A stretch of DNA of 64,000 nt, taken from Chrysomallon squamiferum. Lineage: Eukaryota; Animalia; Mollusca. Shown here in pieces: positions 60,481-64,000 of the stretch. The stretch lies in assembly GCA_012295275.1 (NCBI GenBank), contig CM022669.1, positions 19,220,001-19,284,000 on the forward strand, read 5' to 3'. Under the pieces are notes generated by a model. That model worked only from the letters and a program-made list of their open reading frames with translations, was not told the origin of the DNA and did no database searches. Position 1 is the stretch's first letter; the number at the start of each line of letters is the position of its first letter. Position numbers and translations under genes: made by a program.

Positions 60481-61685
60481 TGTGAAGTGCATGTGTAAGA
60501 AGAGTGACTAAACAAATTACACACGCTACACCATTAGTTAGCTTCACACCCAACAGAGCCATTTTATGTACAAAAAAAAAGCGTATCCTCATGCCTTTGT
60601 ACCAAATTATCGAGTGACAATGAATATTTTCGTTTGTCTTCATTGTACGATTTTATGTTGTTGGTTTTAATTCAAATGTTTATTGGTTCCTTTCCAAGTT
60701 ATTTTGAAATAAATCACATATTTGGTGCTTATATGAGAGTGTATATCTTGTATATGATGCACTGCTCCAAACTGCTACCAAGGTGACACAACCTGCTCCA
60801 GGCGGGCCAGTTTGGATATGCGTCTTTAGCCATTAATTATCAAAAGTGAATAACAAATAAGGATATTTCAAGCATTTGTAATTGCTCTAAATAATGATTT
60901 TCTTCTTATTATTATTCTATTATTATTAAAAAAAATTTAAACGACCATGAGGATTTGTTTTCCGACACGTATTTGATTTAGAGCCTTTCATTTGCCAAAA
61001 CCTGTCTCCCTTCAATTTCATATAAATGATTATGGTGTTGTTGTTTTGGGTTTTTTTTTGGGGGGATGGCTGTTTGTTTTTTTGTTTGTTTGTTTTTTAA
61101 ACCACTGTGATGCGTATTTGAATTCGAGGTTAAAATGTCCCAGTCTCCCCTACTACGCACGTAAGTGATTATGGTGGGTGGGTTGTGGGTTTGTTGTTTT
61201 TTCGCCCCAGTTTAATGCAGCAGTACTATGTCATCTAAAGAAATAGGTGATCATGTTTCAGTGTAAAGGCACCATTGTGGGCACACTTCGTGATGAACAG
61301 AAATACTACAATATTATTATCCAACTTTATCAAGTCAGAGCTGATTGCAAAGAGGCTATAGGCCTGTATGGGTCTGATTTATGAATAAATTATTACACTA
61401 TTTTAAATACATCGTATCTTGTCATACAGATACTAGTAATATTGTTCTATCCCTCCTGGGTATGTTGGGTGGTGAAAATAAAGAAGACTTTCTCAAAGAA
61501 ATTCACAATTGTTTATTTACAACGTTTCTTGAAGCAATTTCTTGAGGCAAAAATTAAGGAAACGTTTATTTTTCCTAACCATCTGGGTTAATTAATTAAT
61601 TCGTCATTTATGAATATATGACTAATGCAATAACTGAAGTTCAAACATTTTAACATCGGAAAATTTAATCAGTTTAAAAAGATTT

Positions 61686-62242
61686 CTTACCTGAGGCCAT
61701 GTTGTAATAAACTAAACTTTCTTACTCAGTTCCAAATTGAATTTAATAAAATTACACATATTTTTGGTCCTTTATACATTTAGCATAACTATTCCAGATA
61801 CAAAAAAAAAAAAAACAAGAAAAACAAAAAAAAAAAAAAAACAGTCTTACCTTTTTCCACGTTGTAAATACTGTAAATATTGTAGCTGTTTGTAATACTG
61901 GTTACAACTAACGAAATGGCGAGGTATCAAGAATATACAGCTTATATCAGAAAAATAATACTGTTACATGTTCATTCATGTCTTATCTATAGCGGGATCT
62001 TTTCTTTATTATTTTCTAATTAATAAAGGGTCAGTTAATTTATCATAAACCAGAGATCTGCACCGTGAGTTCAGTGAAAGAATCTGAGATAAAAAAGAGG
62101 ATAATGTGAAATGTTAAACGTACCTGAGACATTTGTGTTTGTTCTTTCAAATTAGTATATCAGTATTTTGGGGAGGTATAATCGCTCACAGCACGAATGA
62201 CAGCAAACTAACACTGTTATAAATGATTTAAAAGGCGCCATT
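61686..62242 (-). pseudogene. Degenerate exon-like fragments of an unidentified gene
   Basis: AAAATGGCGCC start at 62242, donors CAG|GTACGT (~62123), AAG|GTAAG (61850) and CAG|GTAAG (61690), with in-frame stops. Paralogous sequence at 63848-64000. Confidence 0.35.
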
Positions 62243-62374
62243 TTAATCCTTATGTCATATAATCATTGTTTTTATTATTATTATTATTATTTTTTTTTTT
62301 TTTTTAACGACACTAGAAGAATCTTTTTAGTAAGTCGACTATTGAAAAATGTTGTACTTAAAAGTGTGTATATG

Positions 62375-62828
62375 CAGCAGTACCTCGACTGCCTTCAGCA
62401 GTACCTTTTTTGTCTGGCCATGGATATTAACAAAGTGAGTGCAAAGGACATTGAATTAAAGCTTGAATTCATAGAAAAACATGAGCGAGGTGATGACGTA
62501 GTCAACTTGGCTGACTAGTACGAGCTTAGTACTTCTACGATATGTACCATACTGAAGATTAAGGAGTCGATAAAGGCTGTAACTCCAGCCAAAGGCTATA
62601 AAATAGTTTGTCTGATCTGCAAGATAAATACAATTGAATCCTTTACGTTCTCTTTTTGTTTTATTTTTTATACAATATATGTCATTTATAAATATATTTT
62701 TCTCAATTAAAATACGGATAAATGGTATTTCAGTTAATTTCATTTGAGAAAATTGATTTGATATATGAGCAAATTGAAATATAGCTCGGTCACGGAAAGA
62801 ATTAAACTCGTAAGTCAAGGTACCACTG
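62375..62828 (+). mobile_element. Internally deleted Tigger/pogo (Tc1-mariner superfamily) DNA transposon
   Basis: TIRs cagcagtacctcgact and agtcaaggtaccactg, the latter followed by TA. Internal CENP-B-type HTH remnant IELKLEFIEKHERGDDVVNLAD*YELSTSTICTILKIKESIKA. Confidence 0.85.
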
Positions 62829-63567
62829 TATATATATTATGACGGTAAACCGTTTTTTATATCACACAGCAGGGCCCTAAACCAAACCCTAATAGGGCCT
62901 CTATCAATCTATGGAAAGTTTTAACAGTGATAGTCAGTTGTACTGTTTACTGTGTTTATTTAACTTAGAAAATTGGTCCTAACTTACTTATTAAACCACG
63001 GATCGCAATTTAGGTTATATCTACTTGTACAATTCGCTAGTAGCTATTTTTGTACTTATTATACTAAATAATATTATTATACTTTTAAGGTACAGTTTAT
63101 GAAAATGTCGGTAACATATTGATTATTTACCTTTATAGCTTACTTTAATACCTTCTAATATCTCGGAATTAATCTGTATATATCATTAAAGTAAGAAAAT
63201 ATGTTACCCATTCGTTTCTGTAAATCTTTCTAACTGTATGTATCATGCGTGGAAATTAAAGTCGTGTTTCTCATCTCTCTGAGAACATATATAATGTTTA
63301 TTAGTATTAGAAAATATTTTATCCGTTTTATCAATGTAATTTATTGCTAAAGATACGTGAAAAAGAAACTAAGGTAAAAAGACAAAAAATAAGAGTAAAA
63401 ATATAAGTGTAGAAAGTGAACAGAAAATACGGATAAGCAGTAGCCAAGCTGGTCAAGAAGTCGCCATACCGAGGATGTCAAGTACACAGAACAAGGAGAT
63501 GTTCATCAGCACCATTTTATCAGTAACCACCAATTCAACAGTATGCCGCCACCCAGCAGTCTCGGCA

Positions 63568-63645
<78 letters not shown>

Positions 63646-63847
63646 ATATGCGTGCACACATACACATACACAAACAGACACAAACACATATGTAATATTC
63701 AGCCGACACAGTTTCTTAATTGCACGATCACCGGGTCCACTAAAGATGTAACCCACAGACAGAAAACGAGCTGTATTTTGAAAGTTAACACCTATTTTAT
63801 GCTAGACTCCATGACAGTATATATATTTACTCTTGCTTTTTCTTTGT

Positions 63848-64000
63848 AGGCCATGTTGTAATAAAATAAACTCCGTTGCTCAGTTCCGAACTGAATTTAG
63901 CAAAATATAAACAGTGTTACCCCTTTCCTGGTTGCAAATACTCCAACGATTGTAGCTGTCTTTCATACTGGTTACAGCTAACGGAATGGCAAGGAGTCAA
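63848..64000 (-). other. Second copy of the exon-like fragments at 61690-61930 (runs off the window end)
   Basis: ggccatgttgtaataaa...ctcagttcc and tgtagctgt...tactggttaca.ctaacg.aatggc match 61695-61750 and 61850-61930. Reads LTPCHSVSCNQYERQLQSLEYLQPGKG and FAKFSSELSNGVYFITTWP. Confidence 0.55.

Noticed and set aside
61255-61550. Two short + strand exon-like open segments (CKGTIVGTLRDEQ..., TSNIVLSLLGMLGG...)
   Set aside because: No start, no recognisable family and an implausibly short intervening intron; cannot be supported as a gene.

Overview
AT-rich, microsatellite-dense, intron-containing animal DNA. The gene content, especially a myosin-motor/chitin-synthase fusion, points to a lophotrochozoan, most likely a mollusc; the species cannot be read from the sequence. 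Manual splicing gives six genes, left to right: (1) a small multi-exon secreted-peptide gene (-, ~2.6-4.7 kb) shaped like a cationic antimicrobial-peptide precursor; (2) a 6-exon M6PR/ATG27-like type I membrane protein (-, 9.9-14.1 kb); (3) a ~29-exon myosin head + chitin synthase fusion (+, 18.2-37.9 kb) with three single-base frameshifts and one scrambled exon, all resembling assembly errors; (4) a convergent secreted triple-VWA matrix protein (-, 40.2-44.1 kb); (5) a FASTKD5-like RAP-domain protein (+, 47.1-50.9 kb); (6) an ARM-repeat gene of the invertebrate ARM-TIR-SAM type that appears to lack its TIR exons (-, 53.3-56.9 kb). The right end holds a decayed Ty3/Gypsy element, an internally deleted Tigger/pogo element and duplicated exon-like fragments. 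MITE-like palindromes, minisatellites and degenerate TTAGGG repeats are scattered throughout. Most short ORFs in the supplied track are microsatellite translations. Family assignments rest on motif recognition only; no searches were run.
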